A DNA stretch of 64,000 nucleotides from an uncultured Gammaproteobacteria bacterium. Its GTDB lineage: Bacteria > Patescibacteriota > Patescibacteriia > UBA1558 > 2-01-FULL-52-15. Positions 10,647-19,159 of the stretch are shown here, piece after piece. The stretch spans positions 224,079 to 288,078 of the forward strand of contig CAYOCJ010000001.1 of NCBI GenBank assembly GCA_964402565.1, given 5' to 3'. The notes under the pieces were generated by a model, which ran no database searches, was not told where the DNA came from, and saw nothing but the letters and a program-made list of their open reading frames with translations. Each line of letters begins with the position of its first letter. Position 1 is the first letter of the stretch. A program made the translations under genes and the position numbers.

Positions 10647-11939
10647 ATGATACGAGACAGCCATTCAATACGTTTCATCTTGCTCCTCAGCATCTTGGCA
10701 TTTACCTTGCAGCCTTTTCTTTCGAATTCAGCTGCAACGAACAGCTCTGCTCCTGAGAAGCTATTTGCATTTCAATCGATTGACACGATGAAGTATTCGC
10801 GTGATCTTGCCCGCGAAAAAATTGCCAGCGATTCATTCGATTCGGTCATCGAGATGCAAGTTGCCGCCATCGCTAAAACCGGAGCCACGCATATTGCCAT
10901 TGCAACACCCTACGACGCTGAATTCCTTCCTTTTCTCAAGCGGTGGGTTGCCGCAGCGCGCTTGCATAAACTGAATGTCTGGTTTCGAGGTAATTGGTCT
11001 GGATGGGAAGGCTGGTTCGGCTACTCGAAGATGAGCCGCGCACAGCATATCGACAAAACGCGAAGATTTATCCTCGAGCATGCGGATCTTTTTTCTGACG
11101 GCGATGTTTTTTCAGCATGTCCTGAATGCGAAAACGGAGGACTGGGCGATCCGCGCGTCACTCATGATACGCAGGGGTACCGAACATTTTTGATCGACGA
11201 ATATGCGGCAACCAAGAAAGCATTTCACGACATTCAAAAGGATGTTGCTTCGAATTATTTTTCCATGAACGGCGATGTCGCAAAGCTGGTGATGGATCAG
11301 GCTACGACGAAGGCTCTGGACGGCGTTCTGACCATCGACCATTATGTCAAAACACCTGAAGAGCTTGACCAGGATATACGTGAGTTCGCGAAGCTCAGCG
11401 GCGGCAAAGTCATTCTTGGCGAATGGGGCGCGCCTATCCCTGATATTAACGGCGATCAAAGCGAAAACGACCAGTCTGCATGGATCGATGCAACCCTCAA
11501 ATTGTTGGCAAAAAATAAAGCAGTGCTTGGTTTGAATTATTGGGTCAATGTCGGAGGCACTACTGAGCTGTGGGACAAAGCCGGCACGCCGAAGGCAGCA
11601 GTTGCTGTTGTGAAAGATTGGTATGCTCCGCGCGTCGTATATGGTTTCGTTCGCGATGATCTTGGGTCTGCTGTTCTTCATGGCACAGTTCATTCGACGT
11701 ATGGCGACACGAGTACCGGCGAACAGGGTTATTACAGTTTGCCCCTAAGCGTGCGGGGAGATACTACAGTGTCGGTATCTGCCGCCGGCTATCAATCAAA
11801 AGAATTCACCTTCGGCTCCAAGGATACCTGGGTGGACATTACGCTGAATCGGGAAAAGAAGGGTTTCTGGTACCGCATGCAGCAGCTCTGGAATTTGATC
11901 AATCCATGGCGGCCAGCATATGCGCCCACGGTCAAATAG
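10647..11939 (+). CDS. Secreted GH-A-like (TIM barrel) hydrolase with C-terminal carboxypeptidase-regulatory-like domain
   Basis: Signal peptide; PECE and ILGEWG resemble GH-A catalytic glutamates; YGFVRD..TGEQGYY..SAAGY beta-sandwich. Confidence 0.6.
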   Translation: MIRDSHSIRFILLLSILAFTLQPFLSNSAATNSSAPEKLFAFQSIDTMKYSRDLAREKIASDSFDSVIEMQVAAIAKTGATHIAIATPYDAEFLPFLKRWVAAARLHKLNVWFRGNWSGWEGWFGYSKMSRAQHIDKTRRFILEHADLFSDGDVFSACPECENGGLGDPRVTHDTQGYRTFLIDEYAATKKAFHDIQKDVASNYFSMNGDVAKLVMDQATTKALDGVLTIDHYVKTPEELDQDIREFAKLSGGKVILGEWGAPIPDINGDQSENDQSAWIDATLKLLAKNKAVLGLNYWVNVGGTTELWDKAGTPKAAVAVVKDWYAPRVVYGFVRDDLGSAVLHGTVHSTYGDTSTGEQGYYSLPLSVRGDTTVSVSAAGYQSKEFTFGSKDTWVDITLNREKKGFWYRMQQLWNLINPWRPAYAPTVK

Positions 11940-11957
11940 TGTGCTATACTAAGACAC

Positions 11958-12272
11958 ATGATACACGGTTTGCATAATTTCCACCTGACGAAACGGGGGA
12001 GAGAAGCGGCAGAGCGCCGGCACCTTTTTGATCAGTTCATGTATTTGGTCGGTCTTTTTGCACCACTCATGACCGTCCCACAGATAGTAAAGATCTGGTA
12101 TTACCAGGATGCTGACGGCGTTTCCTGGCTGTCATGGGGCGGCTATATGGTAGGGTCGCTGTTCTGGTTCATCTACGGGATCATCCACAAAGAAAAACCA
12201 TTGATCGTATGTAATGGCGTTGCTGCACTCTTGCAATTTGCAGTTGTAATTGGTACAGTGCTGTATTCTTGA
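11958..12272 (+). CDS. SemiSWEET / PQ-loop transporter
   Basis: VPQIVKI, GVS, WFIYG, PLIVCN; 3 TM. Confidence 0.85.
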   Translation: MIHGLHNFHLTKRGREAAERRHLFDQFMYLVGLFAPLMTVPQIVKIWYYQDADGVSWLSWGGYMVGSLFWFIYGIIHKEKPLIVCNGVAALLQFAVVIGTVLYS

Positions 12273-12279
12273 GAGGCGA

Positions 12280-12354
12280 GCCTTCATAGTTCAATGGATA
12301 GAATGCAGGTTTCCGGTACCTGAGGTGTAGGTTCGATTCCTACTGAGGGCACCA
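12280..12354 (+). tRNA. tRNA-Arg(CCG)
   Basis: Acceptor GCCTTCA/TGAGGGC, anticodon stem CAGGT/ACCTG with loop TT-CCG-GT, T-loop TTCGATT, encoded CCA. Confidence 0.95.
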
Positions 12355-12377
12355 TATCATTATCGAAAAATGCACGC

Positions 12378-13016
12378 ATGAATTTCGGAATAGACTTACA
12401 GCAAATAGTCCAGACACTCGGGTATGTCGGTATCATGGCTGTTGTTTTTTCAGAAACGGGCATTTTTTTTGTTGGCATGGTCTTGCCGGGAGACAGTTTG
12501 CTGTTCACCGCAGGGTTCATTGCATCACAGGGCCTCTTGCACATCGTGCCTCTTACTATCTATGCCTGCCTTGCAGCGACCGTCGGCGGTTTATGCGGTT
12601 ATTGGGTTGGATCGTACATGGGGCCTCGTTTGTTTAACCGGAAGGATTCATTCTTTTTTAATCATGACCAGGTTCAGCGGGCGCATACTTTTTTTGAAAA
12701 GTACGGCGGCAAGACTTTGATTCTGGCTCGTTTTATTCCGTTCATTCGGGCTATCGCGCCTGCGGTTGCCGGTATCGGCAAAATGGATTACGCGAAGTAT
12801 TTTTTATTCAACCTTATCGGCGCAGTGATCTGGGGAGTCGGCACAACGCTTCTTGGATTTTGGCTTGGCTCTGCAATTCCGAATGTAGATAAATACCTGC
12901 TTCCCATTATTGGTTTGATCATCTTTTTGTCCGTATTGCCTTCTCTCATACATATTCTGCGGGATGAAAAATCCCGTACGCGCCTGATGGACTTGCTGCG
13001 CAGAAAAAAAAGCTAA
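12378..13016 (+). CDS. dedA: DedA/VTT family membrane protein
   Basis: ETG..LPGDSLLFTAG, ARFIPFIR. Confidence 0.9.
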   Translation: MNFGIDLQQIVQTLGYVGIMAVVFSETGIFFVGMVLPGDSLLFTAGFIASQGLLHIVPLTIYACLAATVGGLCGYWVGSYMGPRLFNRKDSFFFNHDQVQRAHTFFEKYGGKTLILARFIPFIRAIAPAVAGIGKMDYAKYFLFNLIGAVIWGVGTTLLGFWLGSAIPNVDKYLLPIIGLIIFLSVLPSLIHILRDEKSRTRLMDLLRRKKS

Positions 13017-13028
13017 ACGGTTAACCGG

Positions 13029-13667
13029 ATGCGCCGATCGTTCTATAACACCGTATGTTCGACGATGCTCGGTTTTGGCATAGCGATGACGGTAGTACTA
13101 GGGCTTTTTTCTTTTTTAATATCGAGTGCTTACTTCGAGCAATTCATTTTTGATCGCGCTCATATTGAACAAAATCAAGAGCGGATTGCAGTGCGAGGCG
13201 CGATCCGCAGTTATTTGCTGTTCGATACAGCCCTGCCGACTCCCATGTTCACTGAGCGCGAAGTACTGCATATGCATGATGTGCGTTCGATCATTGAACG
13301 GACCAAGGCTTTTGCGGTCGGCATTTTGATCCTCTTGCTCCTTCATGTATTTATTGGCACACGTTCGATACAAAACTGGAAATTGCTGATCTCAAGATCA
13401 ATGGTATGGCTGCTGGGTTGCATGGTTCTGCTTTTTTGCATCGGTGTTATGTGGTTCGATGAATTATTTACGCTCTTTCATGAGCTTCTTTTTAAAAACG
13501 ATTATTGGCTGCTTGATCCCGCTCAGTCTGCGCTGATACGCGCCTACCAGCCTGAATTTTTTGAAACATTCGCGGGCTACAGTTTTGCTATTATTGTTCT
13601 TGCCGGCATAGTGATATACGCCAGTACCCGGCGGCGTTGGCAGCGAAGCAAAACAGTGGTATCCTGA
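13029..13667 (+). CDS. DUF1461/TIGR01906-like membrane protein
   Basis: E..HMHDVR, FTLFHELLF.ND.WLLDP. Confidence 0.8.
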   Translation: MRRSFYNTVCSTMLGFGIAMTVVLGLFSFLISSAYFEQFIFDRAHIEQNQERIAVRGAIRSYLLFDTALPTPMFTEREVLHMHDVRSIIERTKAFAVGILILLLLHVFIGTRSIQNWKLLISRSMVWLLGCMVLLFCIGVMWFDELFTLFHELLFKNDYWLLDPAQSALIRAYQPEFFETFAGYSFAIIVLAGIVIYASTRRRWQRSKTVVS

Positions 13668-13673
13668 AATTCT

Positions 13674-14006
13674 ATGGACTTAGCACATAAAAAGTGTGTT
13701 CCCTGTGAAGGCGGTATCGATCCGTTCAATACAGAGCAGGCAGCGCCGTATCTTGCAGTGGTGCCTGGTTGGGAAATGTCTGCTGACGGCACCAGCATAC
13801 ATCGGGAATATACTTTTCCTGATTTCAAGAAAGCCCTCGATTTCGTAAACGGAGTTGGCGCGATCGCAGAGTCTGAAGGCCATCATCCGGACATTGTTCT
13901 GCAATGGGGCAAGGTAGCGATCTCGCTCTCGACGCATGCTATCAAGGGACTTTCGGAAAATGACTTTATACTTGCCTATAAAATTGACGCAGGTGCAGCA
14001 AAATAA
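13674..14006 (+). CDS. phhB: Pterin-4a-carbinolamine dehydratase
   Basis: CVPCEG, EGHHPD, THAIKGLSENDF. Confidence 0.9.
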   Translation: MDLAHKKCVPCEGGIDPFNTEQAAPYLAVVPGWEMSADGTSIHREYTFPDFKKALDFVNGVGAIAESEGHHPDIVLQWGKVAISLSTHAIKGLSENDFILAYKIDAGAAK

Positions 14007-14014
14007 ATAGTACT

Positions 14015-14653
14015 ATGTCTGAGACAGACGAATTTCAAAAAGCTCGTGAACACATGGTGAAAGAGCAGCTTGCTGCCCGGGGGATCAAGGATGAGCGCGT
14101 CCTGAAAGCATTTCGAGAAGTACATCGGCATGAATTTGTATTACCCCAGGACGTAGGAATCGCATACGAAGATTATCCGCTGCCGATTGGCAATGGGCAG
14201 ACCATTTCGCAGCCGTATATCGTTGCCTTCATGGTGGAGCAGCTAAAAGTACAGCCGACCGATATTGTCCTGGAAATAGGCACTGGCTCCGGTTATGCGG
14301 CTGCGATTATGTCGTTGCTTGCGTCAAAGGTATATACGCTCGAGATCACGAAAGAGCTCTATCAACGCGCATCGCGGATCGTTTCCAAGCTGCATTATCG
14401 CAATATTGAGTGCCGGCTGCGCGACGGCAAAGAAGGCCTGCCAGAAGAAGCGCCGTTCGACAAAATCCTTTTTTCTGCAGCTCCTGAAAAAATGCCCCAG
14501 ACATTGCTGGAGCAACTAAAAGTCGGCGGCAAGCTTATCGCGCCAGTTGGCTCCATCAAGCTCTTCCAGCAGCTCCAGTTGATTACGAAGCGGGGACCAA
14601 ACGAGTTTGAAAAGCAGGATCTGATGGGCGTGAGTTTTGTTGAGATGCAGTAA
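14015..14653 (+). CDS. pcm: Protein-L-isoaspartate O-methyltransferase
   Basis: GQTISQPY, LEIGTGSGY, APFDKI. Confidence 0.95.
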   Translation: MSETDEFQKAREHMVKEQLAARGIKDERVLKAFREVHRHEFVLPQDVGIAYEDYPLPIGNGQTISQPYIVAFMVEQLKVQPTDIVLEIGTGSGYAAAIMSLLASKVYTLEITKELYQRASRIVSKLHYRNIECRLRDGKEGLPEEAPFDKILFSAAPEKMPQTLLEQLKVGGKLIAPVGSIKLFQQLQLITKRGPNEFEKQDLMGVSFVEMQ

Positions 14654-14656
14654 TGT

Positions 14657-15040
14657 ATGAGAGTCGATAGGCGTATTGTCTATCATGTAGCTGCCATCCT
14701 TTGGATGGCGGTTATTTTTTATTTCTCGTCTTTGCCCGACCTGAAAAGCTCATTGCCGAGCCTCTGGGATTTTATTTTCCGAAAAATCGCCCATATGATA
14801 GAATACGGTATTCTCTATGCGCTTTGGTGGAGGAGCTTCGCACATCGATGGAAGTCCCTCAGCTGGGTGTTCGTTATTTGCATTCTCTACGCGATATCAG
14901 ATGAGCTGCATCAGAGTTTTGTACATGGCCGCGTCGCAAGTCCTATTGATGTGTGCATCGATATCTGTGGTATGACCATCGCCTACGCGTTGCTGAAAAA
15001 CAAAACCGCCCCGACGTACGTCGGGGCGGTTAAGAAGTAA
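14657..15040 (+). CDS. VanZ family protein
   Basis: RKIAH..EY, DELHQSFV.GR. Confidence 0.9.
   Translation: MRVDRRIVYHVAAILWMAVIFYFSSLPDLKSSLPSLWDFIFRKIAHMIEYGILYALWWRSFAHRWKSLSWVFVICILYAISDELHQSFVHGRVASPIDVCIDICGMTIAYALLKNKTAPTYVGAVKK
15004..15031. terminator. Hairpin between convergent vanZ-like gene and rplT
   Basis: AACCGCCCCGACG-TA-CGTCGGGGCGGTT perfect inverted repeat, T-run on the minus strand. Confidence 0.75.
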
Positions 15041-15050
15041 ATTGTGGCCG

Positions 15051-15395
15051 TTACTTAGTTGCTGCAACGATAGCATCAAATACTTTCGGATGATGTTCGG
15101 CAAGCTGTGCTAATACTTTACGGTCAAGGTCGATATTCTTTTTCTTGAGTGTTCCGATGAAACCCGAGTAGTTAAGGCCGCGCTCCTTGAGAGCTGCTCC
15201 GAGTTTTGTCTGCCATAGGCCGCGCATCGCTCGCTTCTTGTTACGGCGGTCGCGATAGCTATAGACACCGGCCTTGGTGATAGCAACTTTTGCTAATCGA
15301 ATCTTTTTTTTGCGTCCCCATTTATAGCCTTTGGCCTGTTTGAGGATATTCTTACGATGTTTGACGTGGCCGACGCCGCGTTTGACTCTTGGCAT
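15051..15395 (-). CDS. rplT: 50S ribosomal protein bL20
   Basis: MPRVKRG..AKGY..YRDRR..LDRKVLA. Confidence 0.98.
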   Translation of the reverse strand: MPRVKRGVGHVKHRKNILKQAKGYKWGRKKKIRLAKVAITKAGVYSYRDRRNKKRAMRGLWQTKLGAALKERGLNYSGFIGTLKKKNIDLDRKVLAQLAEHHPKVFDAIVAATK

Positions 15396-15417
15396 ATCTG
15401 ATTGTTATCGTTACTGT

Positions 15418-15612
15418 TTATAAGTAGGGAACAGTGCGCTGAATATGGCGCTTATTCACCTTCGAAAGGATCTTGTCGCGGCGCTTATTCACGGTAACTT
15501 TGCCAGATTCGCGCGAGTTAAAGTGATTTTGTCCGCCAGTTCGAATGCGGACCTTTTTTTTGCCGGTAACCTTGATCCTCTTCATGACTGACTTTCTTGT
15601 TTTCAATTTCAT
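15418..15612 (-). CDS. rpmI: 50S ribosomal protein bL35
   Basis: KLKTRKS..KRIKVTG; position between infC and rplT. Confidence 0.92.
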   Translation of the reverse strand: MKLKTRKSVMKRIKVTGKKKVRIRTGGQNHFNSRESGKVTVNKRRDKILSKVNKRHIQRTVPYL

Positions 15613-15617
15613 AGTTT

Positions 15618-16154
15618 TTACTTCTTTGCGACGGTGACGCTGATCGTGCCACCCATCATGCTAATGTTTTGATCGACTGCGGTCGGTATGCCGAGGTCGG
15701 TGATAAATGTTTGGATCATTTCTCTGCCCTGATGCGGATATGCTTTTTCTCGTCCGCGCAGGCGCATCTCTATCTTGACCTTATGGCCTTTCGTTAAAAA
15801 TTTTTGAACTTGATTCAGCCGCACCTGCCGGTCATGATCCCCGATCTTAAAAGAAAGGCGAACGATCTTGATATCCAGTGTTTTTGATTTTTTCTGTTTC
15901 TGCGACTGGATATACTGCCATTTTCCGAGATTCATAATGCGGCAGACCGGAGGAGTGGCGAGCGGAGATACTTCGATGAGATCAAGTTCTTGATCTTCAG
16001 CGAGCTTCAGGGCCTCGCTCGTTCGCATTGCACCGAGGTTATTGCCTTCTTCGTCTATAACGACTACCTCTGGCACTTTGATCCATTGGTTGACTCGGAA
16101 ACGCTTCGTTTCTTGCTGTGGGGCACGCCCCTGGTATGAAAAACGTCTTTGAAT
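15618..16154 (-). CDS. infC: Translation initiation factor IF-3 (ATT start)
   Basis: LDLIEVSP..PPVCRIM, KVKIEMRLRGRE; frame extends to ATT at 16154 (IQRRFSY..RVNQWIKVPEV) with an in-frame stop upstream and no ATG. Confidence 0.92.
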   Translation of the reverse strand: MQRRFSYQGRAPQQETKRFRVNQWIKVPEVVVIDEEGNNLGAMRTSEALKLAEDQELDLIEVSPLATPPVCRIMNLGKWQYIQSQKQKKSKTLDIKIVRLSFKIGDHDRQVRLNQVQKFLTKGHKVKIEMRLRGREKAYPHQGREMIQTFITDLGIPTAVDQNISMMGGTISVTVAKK

Positions 16155-16243
16155 GGTTGTGTTGCTTAGTTATTAGTTGCCCATTCGACTCATCCGCCAA
16201 TCGGCGGATTCGCTTAGGGCAATTGATCCGCAAGCGGATCAAT

Positions 16244-16628
16244 TGGTGGAGATGAGGGGTAGTGCGCCCCTGTCTGTTATATACTTTTCGAAAACGTCTA
16301 CAAGCTTAGTCAACTGAGAAGTCTAGAATTGCTGTTTCGGCTGACAGAACGGACAATTCGAGTCACGCATGGTTTCGGTTAGTCGCGCGAGTGACGGGAC
16401 TTGAGTAACCTAGTCTGATGAATGACGCCCATACAACCTTTCAGACGCGGCTGAAGAGCGGTTCAGGCAAGTATTATGCTAGAACTGGTGCCAGATTGTT
16501 CACCTTGAAAAGGTTTGCAACTTTGGCGAATACATTTTTTGCATTTCTGCTTATCCGCAGTTTAACGAGATTCGGAAGCTCGGCATGCTATTTTCGATTC
16601 GTATATACCATCAAATAAAAACATCCCC
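16244..16628 (-). ncRNA. ssrA: tmRNA
   Basis: 5' GGGGATG pairs with 3' CATCTCC-ACCA including G3.U; directly downstream of smpB; tag ORF 16542-16474 AKNVFAKVANLFKVNNLAPVLA*. Confidence 0.92.
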
Positions 16629-16631
16629 GTG

Positions 16632-17072
16632 TTATCTGACACGTGAATTCAAGCGCCGCTTGAATTCTTTTTCTTTGATAGCTTTTCTCTTGTCAAATTG
16701 CTTTTTCCCCTTTGCGAGGGCGATCTTTACTTTTACTAAACGTCTCGAACTATACACTGATAAAGGCACAATTGTCAAGCCTTTTGTGCTCAGACTGCCC
16801 CGTAATTGATCGAGCTCCCGCTTCGTCAGCAGAAGCTTGCGGTCATGGTCCGGGACATAGTCCCTCTGATCAGCGCCTGATTTTGCATACCGAGCTATTT
16901 TTGCACCTATGAGCCAGGCTTCATTATTTCGCAGGTGCACATATGAGCCGTCAAGTTGGACGAGTCCTGCTTTTGAAGATTTAACTTCGGCACCGGTCAA
17001 TACAATACCGGCCTCGAATGTTTCGAGATGACTGTAGTCAAAAAAAGCTTTTTTGTTACGTGCGAGCTCCAT
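16632..17072 (-). CDS. smpB: SsrA-binding protein
   Basis: NKKAFFDY, EAGIVLTG.EVKS, RKLLL, GKKQFDKR. Confidence 0.97.
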   Translation of the reverse strand: MELARNKKAFFDYSHLETFEAGIVLTGAEVKSSKAGLVQLDGSYVHLRNNEAWLIGAKIARYAKSGADQRDYVPDHDRKLLLTKRELDQLRGSLSTKGLTIVPLSVYSSRRLVKVKIALAKGKKQFDKRKAIKEKEFKRRLNSRVR

Positions 17073-17181
17073 AGGCGTTAACCTTAGCGCATACAGCCAC
17101 GCAAGGCAATTCATCGATCGGTGACCGGTATCGTAAGTCGGTATTTTTTGTTATAGTATATTTGAGGCTCATAGTTTCCAC

Positions 17182-19155
17182 ATGACTACAACTAAAAGCA
17201 CTACCAAATTTTGGTTAACGTGTGCCCTGGTCTCGGTTTTGCTTTTTGTATTTCAGGTCATTTTTGCTGCAACGCATGACGTTGTTCTTACGTGGTCTGC
17301 TTCCACAGATAATGTCGGTGTTACTGGGTACAAGATCTTGCGCAGCACGACGAACGGCGGACCCTATACTCAGATAGCAACCACTGCTGCCACGACCTAT
17401 ACTGACTCTTCAGTTTCATATAGTTCGACCTATTATTATGTTGTGCAGGCATATGATGCTGCGAATAATACTTCCGGTAATAGCAATCAAGCAACGGCTG
17501 TAGTCCCTGCGCAGCCTGACACGACACCACCGACGCTCTCAAATGGGCAGCCAAGCGGAGTGTTGTCTGTTGGTACGACACAGACCACGATTTCCGTTTC
17601 TACGAATGAGGCGGCTACCTGCCGCTATGGCACGGCTGACGTTGTGTACGCGCAGCTGCCGAATCAATTTACCACCACAGGTTCGACAAGCCATAGTTCG
17701 TCCATAACCGGTCTTCAAAATGCCCAAACGTATCATTATTATGTCCGCTGCTCTGATCAGAGCGGGAATGTGAATACCGGCAGTTACTCAATTCAATTTT
17801 CAGTAGCCGCCGACACAACGCCCCCGATACTTTCGAGCGTCACAGCAGGGTCCATTTCTCAAACATCGGCGATCATAACATGGACGACTAATGAAGCTGC
17901 GGATTCCGAAGTCGGCTATGGCACCAGTATTTCATATGCCCAGAGTCAAACGAGCGCTCAGGCTGTCACGAGCCACACAGTGCCGCTTTCAGGACTAACT
18001 CCGGGCACAGTCTATCATTACCATGTTCGGTCAACTGACGTTTCTGCCAATACCAGCGGCTGGAGTAGCGATCAGACCTTCACTACAGATGCGCCATCTC
18101 CGCAGCCAAATCTATGCGGCAATGGAACTATTGATGCAGGCGAGGAATGCGATGGATCAAATTTGAACAATACGTCATGCACTACGCTCGGTTTTAGCGC
18201 TGGCATTGTATCGTGCAGTGCAAGTTGCGCCTTTGTTACTGCGCAATGCACCGTTGCCCAGCAATGCACCGAACAATGGACCTGCAGTGATTGGAGTACG
18301 TGCTCTGCCGGTTCACAAACGAGAACCTGTACAGACGTAAATTCATGCGGCTCGACTGCTAATCGGCCCACACTGGCGAAAAGTTGTACGACGCCTTCCT
18401 CAGGCGGTGGGGGCGGTGGCGGTGGATCATATACGCCGCCAAGCTCATCAGGCGGCGTTTCTGGCGGTGCCTCTGGAGGAACGAACGGAGGATCATCAGG
18501 CGGTTCAAGCCCTACAACGCCATCTACGCCGACTGACCCGACGATCGCCCAACGCATCAAAGACGTTGTTGCGCGCGAAAATGCGAGAGTTGCTGCTCTC
18601 AATCTTTCACTGAGGAATCGCTTATTAGGCTGGATCCTCCTGCAAACTCAAGAAAAAGGCGAGGCGTGGTATTTAGAACCGCTGTCAAAATTTAGATACT
18701 ACCTTGCGAATGGCGACGAAGCATACAAGATGTTAAGCAGATTCGGATTAGGCGTTACCGATAAAGATTTGAGTCAAATCCCGATCGGCATTTCAACATG
18801 TTTCCAGGGAACCGACACTGACCTAGATGGTATTCCGGATAAAATGGAAGAGGGCCTCGGAACAGACAGTGCAAAGGCAGACACCGATGGCGATGGCTTT
18901 AGCGACAAGGATGAAATTCTTGGAGGATACAATCCTCTGGGACCAGGTAAGCTCACCTCAAGCAGTTCGCTCATTAGCCGGCTCAAAGGAAGGATTTTGC
19001 TGCAGGTGCAAAAAAATGGGCAGGCGTGGTATCTGAACCCGAAAGACGGCAAACGCTACTATACCCAGAATGGTGAAGCAGCCTATCAGATCATGCGCTG
19101 TCTCTCACTCGGTGTAACAAATACTGATTTGAATTCACTTCAAACGGGAGAATAA
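17182..19155 (+). CDS. Secreted multidomain surface protein (FN3/Ig, Cys-rich, Gly/Ser linker, CPR-type repeated C-terminal domain with Ca-binding DxDxDG)
   Basis: Signal peptide; WSASTDNVGVTGY FN3; CGNGTIDAGEECDG; two ILLQ..GEAWY repeats flanking DTDLDG/DTDGDG. Confidence 0.8.
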   Translation: MTTTKSTTKFWLTCALVSVLLFVFQVIFAATHDVVLTWSASTDNVGVTGYKILRSTTNGGPYTQIATTAATTYTDSSVSYSSTYYYVVQAYDAANNTSGNSNQATAVVPAQPDTTPPTLSNGQPSGVLSVGTTQTTISVSTNEAATCRYGTADVVYAQLPNQFTTTGSTSHSSSITGLQNAQTYHYYVRCSDQSGNVNTGSYSIQFSVAADTTPPILSSVTAGSISQTSAIITWTTNEAADSEVGYGTSISYAQSQTSAQAVTSHTVPLSGLTPGTVYHYHVRSTDVSANTSGWSSDQTFTTDAPSPQPNLCGNGTIDAGEECDGSNLNNTSCTTLGFSAGIVSCSASCAFVTAQCTVAQQCTEQWTCSDWSTCSAGSQTRTCTDVNSCGSTANRPTLAKSCTTPSSGGGGGGGGSYTPPSSSGGVSGGASGGTNGGSSGGSSPTTPSTPTDPTIAQRIKDVVARENARVAALNLSLRNRLLGWILLQTQEKGEAWYLEPLSKFRYYLANGDEAYKMLSRFGLGVTDKDLSQIPIGISTCFQGTDTDLDGIPDKMEEGLGTDSAKADTDGDGFSDKDEILGGYNPLGPGKLTSSSSLISRLKGRILLQVQKNGQAWYLNPKDGKRYYTQNGEAAYQIMRCLSLGVTNTDLNSLQTGE

Positions 19156-19159
19156 TCGT

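Noticed and set aside
12280-12354. tRNA-Arg as an integration site for the glycan cluster
   Set aside because: No duplicated tRNA 3' end or integrase seen in the window
18400-18540. GGC/GGT-rich low-complexity DNA as a repeat array
   Set aside because: Encodes the Gly/Ser/Pro linker; no repeat-spacer periodicity
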